DNA from: a virus
Lineage: Duplodnaviria; Caudoviricetes
IMG/VR virus record: IMGVR_UViG_3300035521_000139
Location: 1 to 64,000 of that record
Length of the DNA: 64,000 nt
Strand: one strand, 5' to 3'
Shown here: piece after piece, positions 38,854 through 47,642 of the stretch
How the letters are laid out: every line of letters starts with the position of its first letter
How positions within the stretch are numbered: position 1 is the first letter of the stretch
The notes under the pieces: generated by a model
Databases searched by the model: none
Seen by the model: only the letters and a program-made list of their open reading frames with translations
What the model was told of the DNA's origin: nothing
Made by a program: the position numbers and the translations under genes

Positions 38854-41800
38854 TTAATTACCTATAATATATTTAGACATCCTATTATCGTAGTTATTCT
38901 TAAAATAATCATCATTTCCTAGGTAATCACTACTTATAGTTTCTCTAGATTCTGTATTCAAATTACTACCATATAGTATTACTTTTTCTTGTCTATATAA
39001 CATTACCATTCCTAAAGCTCTAATTCTATCTACATTTATTTCAGGAGTAAAAGCTATAAGCTCTTCTATTAAAGCTCTATTCTTTAATTTATATAATTTT
39101 GCTATTTCTACTTCTTTTTCTTCGCCATCTTCTTTTACTATACTATTTATAGGCTCCAGTAGCCAATCTCTAATTAATTGATTAGCATAATTATTAATAG
39201 CAGCTGTTGCATTAACTCCATAAGCATTTGAGCCAAAATTACTATACTTAACTAGTTGCTTATCTCTTAAATACTGCGGAGTTTTAGCTAATAAATGAGT
39301 ACTTTTCATTTTACTGAAATAAGCATATAATCCTTTTTTATTACTTTCATAAAGACACCTGGCATTATAAAATATACATAATAATCTCACTATTTCAAAA
39401 TTATCTTCTGCAAAAGGCTGTCTTCCTGTATATTCAGCTACTATTTGATCCGTAAATAAATCAAATACAAAAGTTGATGATAATGAAGAAGATTCGGCTT
39501 GGTCATTATCTACAGGGTCATGACCTATTATATATCTATCTTCATATACTTTATTATTTTTATCTTTTTCAGGCATACTAAATATCTCTAATGCTCCTTG
39601 TGTGGAATTATCTACTCCATATTTTCTAATAGGAGTATCAGAAGTTATTTTATATTCTACTTCTCCATTTCTATTTAATACTAAATTACCTATATAAACA
39701 TCATCATATATATTAGGATTACTATCTAATTGAGCCAATCTTTCAGTTAAAGCAACTGTAGGAAAATAAGCAGCTTTTACCTTAATAATAGCTTCAGCAG
39801 GGGTTATAGGATCTTCTGCAATAGCTCTAAGTACAGATTTAGGATCTGTAGAATTATATTTAACTTTATATCTAAATTTAAGTATTTCTAGTAAAGCTTT
39901 TATAACATCTGATACCCCATCTTTATTATAACATCCAGCTCTATTTACATAAGAAGGAAAAAAGAATCCGAAATTAGGTCTACCTTGTTGAGGTTTATCA
40001 AATACATTTTTAATAGATAATATATTATAACCTTCTGGACTATACAATAATGTTTTAGCTGAACTAAAATCAGACTCATCTTCAGCAGCAGTTCCTACAA
40101 GATACATTACAGCAAAAGTATATTCACCATCTTCTACTGATTTTCTGGTAATATCATAAAGAGAAAGCAGTCCTTTAAAAGAACCCATCTCTTCAAATAA
40201 AATCCAACCACGCTTACCTCTTAATTTCTCTGAATCATCTTTAGCAGATACAGCCATTACTTGATTTAAAGAGCCTTTCTCAATTCCTCTTTCATCTTTA
40301 TAACCCATTTGCCAAGTCATTTCATTTGGAGAATTCTTTAATAGTAAATGAGGGAAAGGAGTATTTTCAAATATAAAATTTATTTCAGGTTTAAATTTTG
40401 ATAATGTACCATCTTTAGAATCACTAAGATATTCTTTTTGATAAGCAGTTAGTACAGTAATTACTCTTCTTCTAGATTCTTCAGACTCTCCTAAAATTAA
40501 ATTGTGTGACATTATGGCAGCTAATGAATAAGACTTAGCACAGTTATGTGTTTGAATATATTCTCCTATAAGATAGGAACTATCTGGAGCATCCACAGTG
40601 ACACATTTACACCTTTGCTTTCCTATATATTCAATATTAGTAATACAAGTTTTTAATTCTCTGGAGTTATGTTTCTCTTCATTTATTTTATTTCTTTTTC
40701 TTTCAAGATTAAATAATTCTTTTCCTCCATAAATACTAACTTCATAAGTATCTAAACATTGAATATAAACACCCTCTTTTCTATATCCTGATTTTCTTAC
40801 GGTATAATTACTATTATACCCAAGACTTCTAGCTATTTCCATAACATCAAAAGCAAGTTTTTTTGATGCTGTATTAAGTACTGGTATGTTGCCATGTATA
40901 GTTCCATCAGTATCTAATAATCCTTTTAATATCTCTAGTCTTATCTCTCTACTATTATATTTATATAAGTCAGGTATAAATTTATCTTTTGATTTACTCA
41001 TCCATAATCCACAATCATATAAATATTGTATATTACATTTTATAGCATAAGAATATTCATTATTTCCTATTTTATATATTTTATAGGGTATTTTATTTAT
41101 ATAATTATCTATATCATTTTTTGCAGATGTAAATATAATTTGATTTTTATAATTAGGATTTCTGAAAGTTCCATCACCTAATACAATTCCTAAAGTATAA
41201 GCATCAATAGGTATCTCTTTAAAACTATATTCTACTCCTTTATTTTTTGGTATAAAATAAACATAAGCTTTTCCTGAAGGGATTCTCCAAGAAGGAATTC
41301 TTTTATTAATATAATGTTTATATAAATACTCAGTATTTACAGTCATTATTTTTTTTGAATTAGCCCTGATAATATTCCATAAATGATCATCAGAAGCATA
41401 TACTTCTCTTCCATCTCTAAGAGTTATTTTATATACATCAGCTACATCATTAAAAGGAATATCAGTAACTGTAGTTATATTATTATTAGTACCAAATAAT
41501 TTATCTCCTATTTTAATATCCCCCCATTGTTTAATTCCTTCTGGAGTATAAACTTTTTGAGTATAAGGATGAGCACCTCTTTTAGCCAATTCTATAGCAT
41601 GTTTACCTTCTTCTCTTGCTTTATATAAATAATGAAATCTCCAATAAATACCTTCAAAAAAGAAAGGAAATGATTCTTTTCTTATAGCCTTTTTAGAACC
41701 AGAAGTTATAATATTAACCATCATAGGACTATAATTTAAGAACCAATAACAATACCCTGTTACCCATTCTCCATCTTCCTCTCTTACATAGCCATTTAAG

Positions 41801-42135
41801 CATCTTCTTATTTCTTCATCCCAATGTTTCCTGTACTCAGAATTAGGATTACTATTAGGTTTAAGAAATGTATAACAATTATATTTTAAATAATGAAGAG
41901 CTGCTGGTCTAAAATAATCCATATTTTCTGTAATATGAGGGTTTTCCAAATCAACTATAATTCTACCTTTATTATCTCTGGGCAAATCTTTAGCTCTTTT
42001 TCTATTAGGAGAAATCAAATTTTTAACAAAAGGAATAGTAGTAATAGCTTCTTCAAATTGTTCTCTTATTTCAGGTTCTAATGAACTTAATAATTCATCT
42101 GTTATAGGAGTTTGAAATTCATTTACTTCTATCAT
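38854..42135 (-). CDS. terL: Terminase large subunit with intein (749 aa after splicing)
   Basis: Walker A LAKRG|CAKS split by the intein, Walker B ILFEEMG, nuclease YIIGHDP and NVDR motifs. Confidence 0.92.
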   Translation of the reverse strand: MIEVNEFQTPITDELLSSLEPEIREQFEEAITTIPFVKNLISPNRKRAKDLPRDNKGRIIVDLENPHITENMDYFRPAALHYLKYNCYTFLKPNSNPNSEYRKHWDEEIRRCLNGYVREEDGEWVTGYCYWFLNYSPMMVNIITSGSKKAIRKESFPFFFEGIYWRFHYLYKAREEGKHAIELAKRGAHPYTQKVYTPEGIKQWGDIKIGDKLFGTNNNITTVTDIPFNDVADVYKITLRDGREVYASDDHLWNIIRANSKKIMTVNTEYLYKHYINKRIPSWRIPSGKAYVYFIPKNKGVEYSFKEIPIDAYTLGIVLGDGTFRNPNYKNQIIFTSAKNDIDNYINKIPYKIYKIGNNEYSYAIKCNIQYLYDCGLWMSKSKDKFIPDLYKYNSREIRLEILKGLLDTDGTIHGNIPVLNTASKKLAFDVMEIARSLGYNSNYTVRKSGYRKEGVYIQCLDTYEVSIYGGKELFNLERKRNKINEEKHNSRELKTCITNIEYIGKQRCKCVTVDAPDSSYLIGEYIQTHNCAKSYSLAAIMSHNLILGESEESRRRVITVLTAYQKEYLSDSKDGTLSKFKPEINFIFENTPFPHLLLKNSPNEMTWQMGYKDERGIEKGSLNQVMAVSAKDDSEKLRGKRGWILFEEMGSFKGLLSLYDITRKSVEDGEYTFAVMYLVGTAAEDESDFSSAKTLLYSPEGYNILSIKNVFDKPQQGRPNFGFFFPSYVNRAGCYNKDGVSDVIKALLEILKFRYKVKYNSTDPKSVLRAIAEDPITPAEAIIKVKAAYFPTVALTERLAQLDSNPNIYDDVYIGNLVLNRNGEVEYKITSDTPIRKYGVDNSTQGALEIFSMPEKDKNNKVYEDRYIIGHDPVDNDQAESSSLSSTFVFDLFTDQIVAEYTGRQPFAEDNFEIVRLLCIFYNARCLYESNKKGLYAYFSKMKSTHLLAKTPQYLRDKQLVKYSNFGSNAYGVNATAAINNYANQLIRDWLLEPINSIVKEDGEEKEVEIAKLYKLKNRALIEELIAFTPEINVDRIRALGMVMLYRQEKVILYGSNLNTESRETISSDYLGNDDYFKNNYDNRMSKYIIGN
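40543..41574 (-). mobile_element. Class 3 intein (344 aa) with LAGLIDADG homing endonuclease
   Basis: Starts AHPYTQKVYTPEG (Ala1); block B SDDHLW; LGIVLGDG and LKGLLDTDG; block F RCKCVTV; ends IQTHN followed by Cys+1. Confidence 0.88.
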
Positions 42136-42452
42136 AGTTCTCCTTTTATTATTTTATCAAATAGTTGTGAATTTAAAAACTCTAATATTTTAACACTAAA
42201 AGCAGCTTCTGCTCCTATAATAGCCTTTCTTTCTTCAGTGCTATTAGCAGTTCTTGACACATATTGAGAACTTAATATTTCTGCTTTTAATCCTTTTTGT
42301 AAATACCAAAGTTTATATTCATATTGCTTATAAACTTTTATTTTCTTTTGAAGTTCCTTTGTATGAAATACGAATCTTCCTCTTATATCAATTCCTAATT
42401 CTTTTCTTTTAGCTATGAGATAATCATTCAATCCTTTTATAAATCCTTCCAT
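42132..42452 (-). CDS. Hypothetical protein
   Basis: 106-aa ORF overlapping the terL start codon. Confidence 0.6.
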   Translation of the reverse strand: MEGFIKGLNDYLIAKRKELGIDIRGRFVFHTKELQKKIKVYKQYEYKLWYLQKGLKAEILSSQYVSRTANSTEERKAIIGAEAAFSVKILEFLNSQLFDKIIKGEL

Positions 42453-42474
42453 TGCCTAGTATAATTATATATTT

Positions 42475-43017
42475 TTAAAAATCCTCATACATTGCTTTTT
42501 CTTGAGTTCCTCTAACTCTATCACTTTGAGTTATTTCTTTAGCTAACGATTTTTCAGCCTCATCCAAATCTTTTATTAAACCAGGAATCTGCTTAATAGT
42601 AGCTGTTACAGTATTTAAAGTATATATAGGTTTACCTTTATCATCTACTGCATTTAAATCTATTTCTCTAAGTAAAGTTCTTAATTTATTAACAGCAAAT
42701 CTAGTATCTTCTAATAGCAGAGCTGAAGCTGGTTTAAATGTATTATAGAATTTCATAGCTTCTAATAATAAAGCATCTGGTTTCCAATCTTTATTTAATC
42801 CTTCTCCTTCTTTAATAGATTTTAATCTGTCCTCTTCATCTGTAATATATTGATAATCACTTCTAGGGTCACAAAAGAAATATATAAATCCTAATTCCAT
42901 TATAGCTTTTTCCTTTGATTTTGATTTATCTCTATTCCATATATTTTTAAAAGGTTTTAGAGCAAAAGCTTCTTCGGATATTTCTATCTTATATCCTTCA
43001 TATTTAAATAATTTCAT
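42475..43017 (-). CDS. Conserved crAss protein, possible terminase small subunit
   Basis: 180 aa, FFCDPRSDY motif, helical, upstream of terL. The role is inferred from position only. Confidence 0.4.
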   Translation of the reverse strand: MKLFKYEGYKIEISEEAFALKPFKNIWNRDKSKSKEKAIMELGFIYFFCDPRSDYQYITDEEDRLKSIKEGEGLNKDWKPDALLLEAMKFYNTFKPASALLLEDTRFAVNKLRTLLREIDLNAVDDKGKPIYTLNTVTATIKQIPGLIKDLDEAEKSLAKEITQSDRVRGTQEKAMYEDF

Positions 43018-43068
43018 ACTATATTAAATTAAAAAAGCCTAGCCTAAATTAATAGACTAGGCTCTGTA

Positions 43069-43488
43069 TTATGTAATAATTGTTTGTTCAGGAACTATGA
43101 TTTGGGAAGGATTATCAAAATATTCTTCTTCATACTCCTCTATAATAAAATCAATATCTCGGTCCTGCAAGAATAAACAAGATTCTCCATTTAATTCAAT
43201 AACTGGCAAGTTATATTTAATAATAGGATTATCTGTTATAATTCCATCTTTAAGAGAACCTTCTTGATGTTGTTTAACTCCAAATCTAGTAGGATTAACA
43301 CAAACAATATCTCCTACTTTAATACCTCTTACAGAATCTCCTACCGCTAACACAGTTTGATACTCCTTCAATTCTCCTTTAAGTTTCTTTGAATCTAAGA
43401 GACCTCCTGAAGTTTTAATATCCTGCTCATATTTATTCATTGTTGTAATAAGGGCAGTAAACATTGGTTTAATCTTTTTTAGTATCAT
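43069..43488 (-). CDS. GroES-like co-chaperonin
   Basis: IKPMF...TSGGLL...VLAVGDSVRGIKVGDIV...LFLQDRDI pattern of Cpn10. Confidence 0.75.
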   Translation of the reverse strand: MILKKIKPMFTALITTMNKYEQDIKTSGGLLDSKKLKGELKEYQTVLAVGDSVRGIKVGDIVCVNPTRFGVKQHQEGSLKDGIITDNPIIKYNLPVIELNGESCLFLQDRDIDFIIEEYEEEYFDNPSQIIVPEQTIIT

Positions 43489-43747
43489 TTGACTTCTCCA
43501 GATTTTTTAAATATTTTTCTTTCTTCCTTACTAGTTTATCATAATCACAATAGAGTTTTCCTATATACGGAATACTAAAACTTGTATTGAGAGCTTCAAA
43601 TTCTTGTTTTGTCAGATTCTCCTGAAGAGGTAAAGACTGAACTTTATCTTTAATAAATCTCCAATAACTTTTATAAACTCGTCTTACCAATTCAGGAGAA
43701 ATGTCTAACTCTATTGCTATATCTTTTACTATATCTGTATATTTCAC
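43469..43747 (-). CDS. HU/IHF-like DNA-binding protein
   Basis: IVKDIAIELDISPELVRRV...FSIPYIGKL. Confidence 0.55.
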   Translation of the reverse strand: MKYTDIVKDIAIELDISPELVRRVYKSYWRFIKDKVQSLPLQENLTKQEFEALNTSFSIPYIGKLYCDYDKLVRKKEKYLKNLEKSNDTKKD

Positions 43748-44121
43748 GATAACTCAAATAGAAATAATAAATTAAAAGTATTACTATTAGGATCTACGTT
43801 AGGTATAAATTTAGGATTAATTTTACCATCAATAATAATACCGCTTTTCCTTAATTTACCTAAAATTACTTGAAAATGCTGGAGAGATATATTACACTCT
43901 TCCCTTACTTTTTTTCTAGTTTCTTCTCCTAGAGTAACTTGATCTAATATTTCTTCATTCTTTATTACCTTACTAAGCTCATATCTATGTTTTAAAAAAC
44001 AAGATATTATATCTATTTCTCTTGAAGTTAATTTGTGGTAAGGGTATAAAAACTCAAACCATCTTCTAAAGAACTTACCATTTAATGAAGTAGGTACTCT
44101 TATTACATTATTTGCTATCAT
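43744..44121 (-). CDS. Conserved crAss winged-HTH-like protein
   Basis: LTSREIDI...ILGKLRKSGII...INPKFIP. Confidence 0.5.
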   Translation of the reverse strand: MIANNVIRVPTSLNGKFFRRWFEFLYPYHKLTSREIDIISCFLKHRYELSKVIKNEEILDQVTLGEETRKKVREECNISLQHFQVILGKLRKSGIIIDGKINPKFIPNVDPNSNTFNLLFLFELS

Positions 44122-44138
44122 TTATACCCTTATTTAAA

Positions 44139-44426
44139 TTAATCATTTTCTTCTCCAGTAGAAGTAGTTTCAGTCTCTTCTTTAGTTTCTTCTTCAGGAG
44201 TCATTAATTCTTGAATCTCCTTAATACAACCGTCAAGGAATTCTTCTTCAAATACAGGAGCATTTTCAACAACCTTAAATAGATAATCAAGTCTTTTAAA
44301 AATATTGTTTAATGTTTTTAATTGACTATAAAGTTGATTGTTTTGTTCACTAAGCTGATGTGCAATTGCATTAAGTTTATCATAATCCAACTTTGCTTCC
44401 TTTTTTATTTCTTTGTTCTCTTCCAT
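44139..44426 (-). CDS. Coiled-coil hypothetical protein
   Basis: 95 aa, KRLDYLFKVVEN motif. Confidence 0.6.
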   Translation of the reverse strand: MEENKEIKKEAKLDYDKLNAIAHQLSEQNNQLYSQLKTLNNIFKRLDYLFKVVENAPVFEEEFLDGCIKEIQELMTPEEETKEETETTSTGEEND

Positions 44427-44446
44427 TTTTTATTTATTTTAAATGA

Positions 44447-44662
44447 TTAATATGATTCTAAATATTTATGATGAAATTTTCCTTCATATAGTTTATCCCA
44501 CTCTGCATTAGATGTCTCCTCAATATTAGTAGCACCACATTTATTGCAAAATTCCATACCTGCAACTCCTATAATAGCTAAAGATAAACATCTTTTACAA
44601 TAATGAACAGGTATTGCTTCAAAGTCTTCTTTGGTCAATTTTTCTTTATCAAATTCTTCCAT
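44447..44662 (-). CDS. Small zinc-ribbon protein
   Basis: CKRC...CNKC. Confidence 0.65.
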   Translation of the reverse strand: MEEFDKEKLTKEDFEAIPVHYCKRCLSLAIIGVAGMEFCNKCGATNIEETSNAEWDKLYEGKFHHKYLESY

Positions 44663-44663
44663 A

Positions 44664-44834
44664 TTATTTATAATAAAGAGTTATAAATTGTCCATTCTCC
44701 TTTAAGACTTGAACTACATAAACACCTTTATAATCTTCACTATTAAGAATTTCAACCAATTCTCTTATAGTTTTAGTACATAGAGCATTATACTTTTTAT
44801 TATCTTTAATCCTTGTTTCTTCTACTACTTCCAT
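44664..44834 (-). CDS. Small hypothetical protein
   Basis: Start at MEVVEE (44834); the longer track ORF runs into the tRNA. Confidence 0.55.
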   Translation of the reverse strand: MEVVEETRIKDNKKYNALCTKTIRELVEILNSEDYKGVYVVQVLKENGQFITLYYK

Positions 44835-44855
44835 AATTTTATTTATTTTAATTAG

Positions 44856-44927
44856 TTGCGGGGAGCTGACTCGAACAGCTGATCTCTGAGTTATGAGCAC
44901 AGTGAGTTACCTCTTCTCCACCCCGCG
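44856..44927 (-). tRNA. tRNA-Met(CAT), initiator-like
   Basis: CGCGGGG...CCCCGCA acceptor with C1:A72 mismatch, loop CTCATAA, T-arm AGCTG-TTCGAGT-CAGCT; no encoded CCA. Confidence 0.88.
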
Positions 44928-44980
44928 ATACCTTTTTACTTATTATTATTCTCCAGAAAGAGAGGTAAAGCTAATCTGCT

Positions 44981-45061
44981 TTAACCTCTTAGTGTACTTA
45001 AAGTTGAAATTAACATTGCCATTACAACAACACATTTTGCTAAAATAATTACACTTTCCAT
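44981..45061 (-). CDS. 26-aa hydrophobic peptide MESVIILAKCVVVMAMLISTLSTLRG
   Basis: Hand-translated small ORF between tRNAs. Confidence 0.35.
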   Translation of the reverse strand: MESVIILAKCVVVMAMLISTLSTLRG

Positions 45062-45085
45062 AATAATAATAATTAAAAAATTAAG

Positions 45086-45157
45086 AGCTTCTTATAGGAA
45101 TCGAACCTATATTGCTTGTTTACAAGACAAGTGTCTTAACCATTAAACGAAAGAAGC
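45086..45157 (-). tRNA. tRNA-Thr(TGT)
   Basis: GCTTCTT/AAGAAGC acceptor, CTTGT-CTTGTAA-ACAAG anticodon arm, GGTTCGATTCC T-arm. Confidence 0.9.
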
Positions 45158-45163
45158 TTTTCA

Positions 45164-45337
45164 TCACCCAAGATGAATAATCTTTTCTATTACCTTTAAT
45201 ATTATTACTACAATCCAACAGGCACTAAACCATATTTGTTCAAACTTTGAAATATTATTCCATTTCTTAGTTACCTTAAAATAAAATAAAACAGCTATTA
45301 AAATATAAGCTACTAAAACAATTAACCACCAAATCAT
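45164..45337 (-). CDS. 57-aa two-TM membrane protein
   Basis: MIWWLIVLVAYILIAVLFYF...; hand-translated. Confidence 0.5.
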   Translation of the reverse strand: MIWWLIVLVAYILIAVLFYFKVTKKWNNISKFEQIWFSACWIVVIILKVIEKIIHLG

Positions 45338-45355
45338 ATTCTATTACTTTTTAAG

Positions 45356-45441
45356 TACCTCCATTGGGACTTGAACCCAAACAATCATTTCTGATTAAGG
45401 GATTTTAAGTCCCTCGTGTCTACCTATTCCACCATGAAGGC
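45356..45441 (-). tRNA. tRNA-Leu(TAA)
   Basis: AGGGA-CTTAAAA-TCCCT anticodon arm, long variable arm, GGTTCAAGTCC. Confidence 0.9.
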
Positions 45442-45450
45442 ATTATATTA

Positions 45451-45897
45451 TTAATATAATCTTACATCACACAAGCTAAATAAATAGTCATATTTATTTA
45501 TATTTTGTATAAAAGCCTCACAATCAGAAGTAATACCTTTATATAAGGTATCTTTAGGTATTCCATTATAAAAGTCTATTGTATTTATTTTTACTTCTGC
45601 TATAAAATCAGTAGCATTAAGACAATCACAAGCTACTCCTTTAATTGCATTAGGTTGCATTTTTCCTAAAATACCCATATACCCTTCTGCTAAACTATCT
45701 TGATAATTTGATATTATCTCCAGAAAAGCATCTAAATACTCATGTATATTTTTCTTAGGTGCTGCCCAGTGAAGATTCTTACATTTAGTTTTCCAGCCTT
45801 CAAGCTGATTTATAAAATTAATGAAGAACTGATTAGTAGTAACTTCATCTGTTGTTTTCTTTATATCTCCTAAAGGAGCAAAAAATGTTGCGCTCAT
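45451..45897 (-). CDS. Ferritin/Dps-like protein (DUF5856-like)
   Basis: LHW...HEYLD...D.LAE pattern of Dps-like four-helix bundles. Confidence 0.65.
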   Translation of the reverse strand: MSATFFAPLGDIKKTTDEVTTNQFFINFINQLEGWKTKCKNLHWAAPKKNIHEYLDAFLEIISNYQDSLAEGYMGILGKMQPNAIKGVACDCLNATDFIAEVKINTIDFYNGIPKDTLYKGITSDCEAFIQNINKYDYLFSLCDVRLY

Positions 45898-45917
45898 ATC
45901 TTTTATATTTTATGCTG

Positions 45918-45949
45918 CAAAGATAAACAATTATTTTTAATTTACCAAA
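45918..45949 (-). promoter_or_regulatory. Consensus sigma-A-type promoter
   Basis: TTTG-N20-TATCTTTG. Confidence 0.75.
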
Positions 45950-45987
45950 TAAATTATGAATTATTTTTCATTTATTCTTAATTTCTG

Positions 45988-46064
45988 TGTCCTCTATCAG
46001 ATTTGAACTGATGACCCCTTGATTAAAAGTCAAGTGCTCTAAATACCAACTGAGCTAAGAGAAC
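45988..46064 (-). tRNA. tRNA-Lys(TTT)
   Basis: CTTGA-CTTTTAA-TCAAG anticodon arm, GCTC/GAGC D-stem with enlarged D-loop, ATCAG-TTCAAAT-CTGAT T-arm. Confidence 0.9.
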
Positions 46065-46179
46065 TTTTAGGAGATTCTTTAAACTCTATCTCCTAAAAGA
46101 GTCACAACCATTTAAAACGAAATATGAAATCAACACCTCTCTAGTATGATTATTTAATAATCCTTCAAGGTTTATTTTG

Positions 46180-46251
46180 TATCCCTAATGAGATTCGAAC
46201 TCATATTGAATGCTTAGAAGGCATTTGTTCTATCCTTTGAACTATAGAGAT
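46180..46251 (-). tRNA. tRNA-Arg(TCT)
   Basis: AATGC-CTTCTAA-GCATT anticodon arm, ATGAG-TTCGAAT-CTCAT T-arm. Confidence 0.9.
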
Positions 46252-46328
46252 AAGAAAAGGAATGCTACTTAAAACAACTGGTTAAGTAACATTCCTTAAT
46301 CACCAATCGCCATCATCCTTTCCAATTG

Positions 46329-46360
46329 CAAAGATACAATTAATATTTTAAACTACCAAA
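46329..46360 (-). promoter_or_regulatory. Consensus sigma-A-type promoter for the tRNA cluster
   Basis: TTTG-N20-TATCTTTG. Confidence 0.75.
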
Positions 46361-46407
46361 TATTTTCATAATATTTTTGCAATTTATTTTTGTTTTTCAT
46401 AGTATCT

Positions 46408-46800
46408 TTATAATCCTACTATATAATTAGCCCATTTTTCAGTATAAAAAGAATCATAATTCCATTTATATTTAGTATGCTTAAATACCTTATATAATAT
46501 ACAATGTATCAAAGAAGGAATACCTATTATAATAAGGTATAAAGGACCAAGTATTTTAGATTGTTTACAATGTCCATATTCATGTTTAAGTGTATTTTCA
46601 GTAATATTTCTTTTTATAAAGATATAATTACCTAATGAAATATATCCACTTAATTTACTATTTACTACAGTATAGACATCTCTAATTTGCCCTTCTACAT
46701 AAGCATCTTTGTAAAGGCATACCAGTAGAATCAATGCTATAATATTCTGAGGCAATTGCCATACATAATTAATCACTCTATTAAATTTATTTTCAGTCAT
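46408..46800 (-). CDS. Membrane-associated HExxH metallopeptidase-like protein
   Basis: WQLPQN, ISLGNYIF, HEYGHCKQS, GPLYL and FYTEKWA motifs. Confidence 0.65.
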   Translation of the reverse strand: MTENKFNRVINYVWQLPQNIIALILLVCLYKDAYVEGQIRDVYTVVNSKLSGYISLGNYIFIKRNITENTLKHEYGHCKQSKILGPLYLIIIGIPSLIHCILYKVFKHTKYKWNYDSFYTEKWANYIVGL

Positions 46801-46834
46801 AATCTTTATTATTTACTTGAGTAACTATATAAAA

Positions 46835-47118
46835 AGTCCCTAGGGAATTTTTTGAAATTTCCTTACAAAGAATTATTACTAATTCTCTTTAACCTATAAT
46901 TTTAGAAATGGGCGGTTACTGTCCCCCTAGGATGCTTTGCCCTCAACCTTTTCTCATTGCTACTTGGTGCATCACCACTTCCTATATATAGGCAATTTTT
47001 GTCTAGTAGAGTGACCTCAGTTCCACTTGAACTTACTACTCTAGGCATCCCCATGAGTCTGTACTTCCTTTTAGGGTATGATTCTCTTGGGAGTAAACAG
47101 TATAGCAATTACTGTTAG
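46835..47118 (-). ncRNA. Candidate structured non-coding RNA (about 280 nt)
   Basis: Directly downstream of the 47125-47156 promoter, GC-enriched, nested complementary segments, no credible ORF. Confidence 0.45.
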
Positions 47119-47124
47119 ACGGTG

Positions 47125-47156
47125 CAAAATTAAGAATAAAAAATGATATATGCAAG
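47125..47156 (-). promoter_or_regulatory. Sigma-A-type promoter, first of the leftward arm
   Basis: CTTG-N20-TAATTTTG. Confidence 0.6.
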
Positions 47157-47159
47157 TAA

Positions 47160-47354
47160 ATAAATAAAATATTTATAGTGGCAATAATAAATTATTTATA
47201 TTTAAAAGCTATTTTTAAATTTTAAAATTTTATTTTTTTATTGATTTTATTTTTTTGATTCAAGTTTTTTATTTATAAGTTTTTTATTTACATGAGGGGA
47301 GGATACCCCAGCCCCACCTGCCCCATCTCAGAGCGGTTGGGATATTCCCCCGTG
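47160..47354. other. Strand-switch region: AT/T-tract block followed by a GC-rich imperfect inverted repeat
   Basis: About 130 nt of almost pure A/T, then CATGAGGGGAGGATACCCCAGCC...GGTTGGGATATTCCCCCGTG. Confidence 0.6.
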
Positions 47355-47376
47355 TAACATTAATAAAACTGTAACT

Positions 47377-47640
47377 ATGGCAGATTTGACTTTTATCAAG
47401 ACTAGAACTATTTCACAGTTCAAGGAGATGATGAATGCTGACATCATCGAAGTAAAAACAGCTAGAGAAGGCAAGTACTTCTTTACCTGGGGTCCAGGCT
47501 CTGATCAGACTGGAGCTTGCAGCAAGGCTCCTTCTCTCTTCGAGAAGCCAGTCATCTCTCTTTGCGAGGGTGACGATGGCGAGTTCTACCTGATGCACGA
47601 GAAAGGCGAAGGTGGAGCAAAGGTTGTTGCGACCTTCTAA
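47377..47640 (+). CDS. First rightward (early) gene, 87-aa hypothetical protein
   Basis: Clean ORF with many C/G-ending codons and its own terminator. Confidence 0.8.
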   Translation: MADLTFIKTRTISQFKEMMNADIIEVKTAREGKYFFTWGPGSDQTGACSKAPSLFEKPVISLCEGDDGEFYLMHEKGEGGAKVVATF

Positions 47641-47642
47641 TC

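Noticed and set aside
46902-47108. 68-aa ORF
   Set aside because: TTG start, atypical composition, and it lies in a region better explained as structured RNA.
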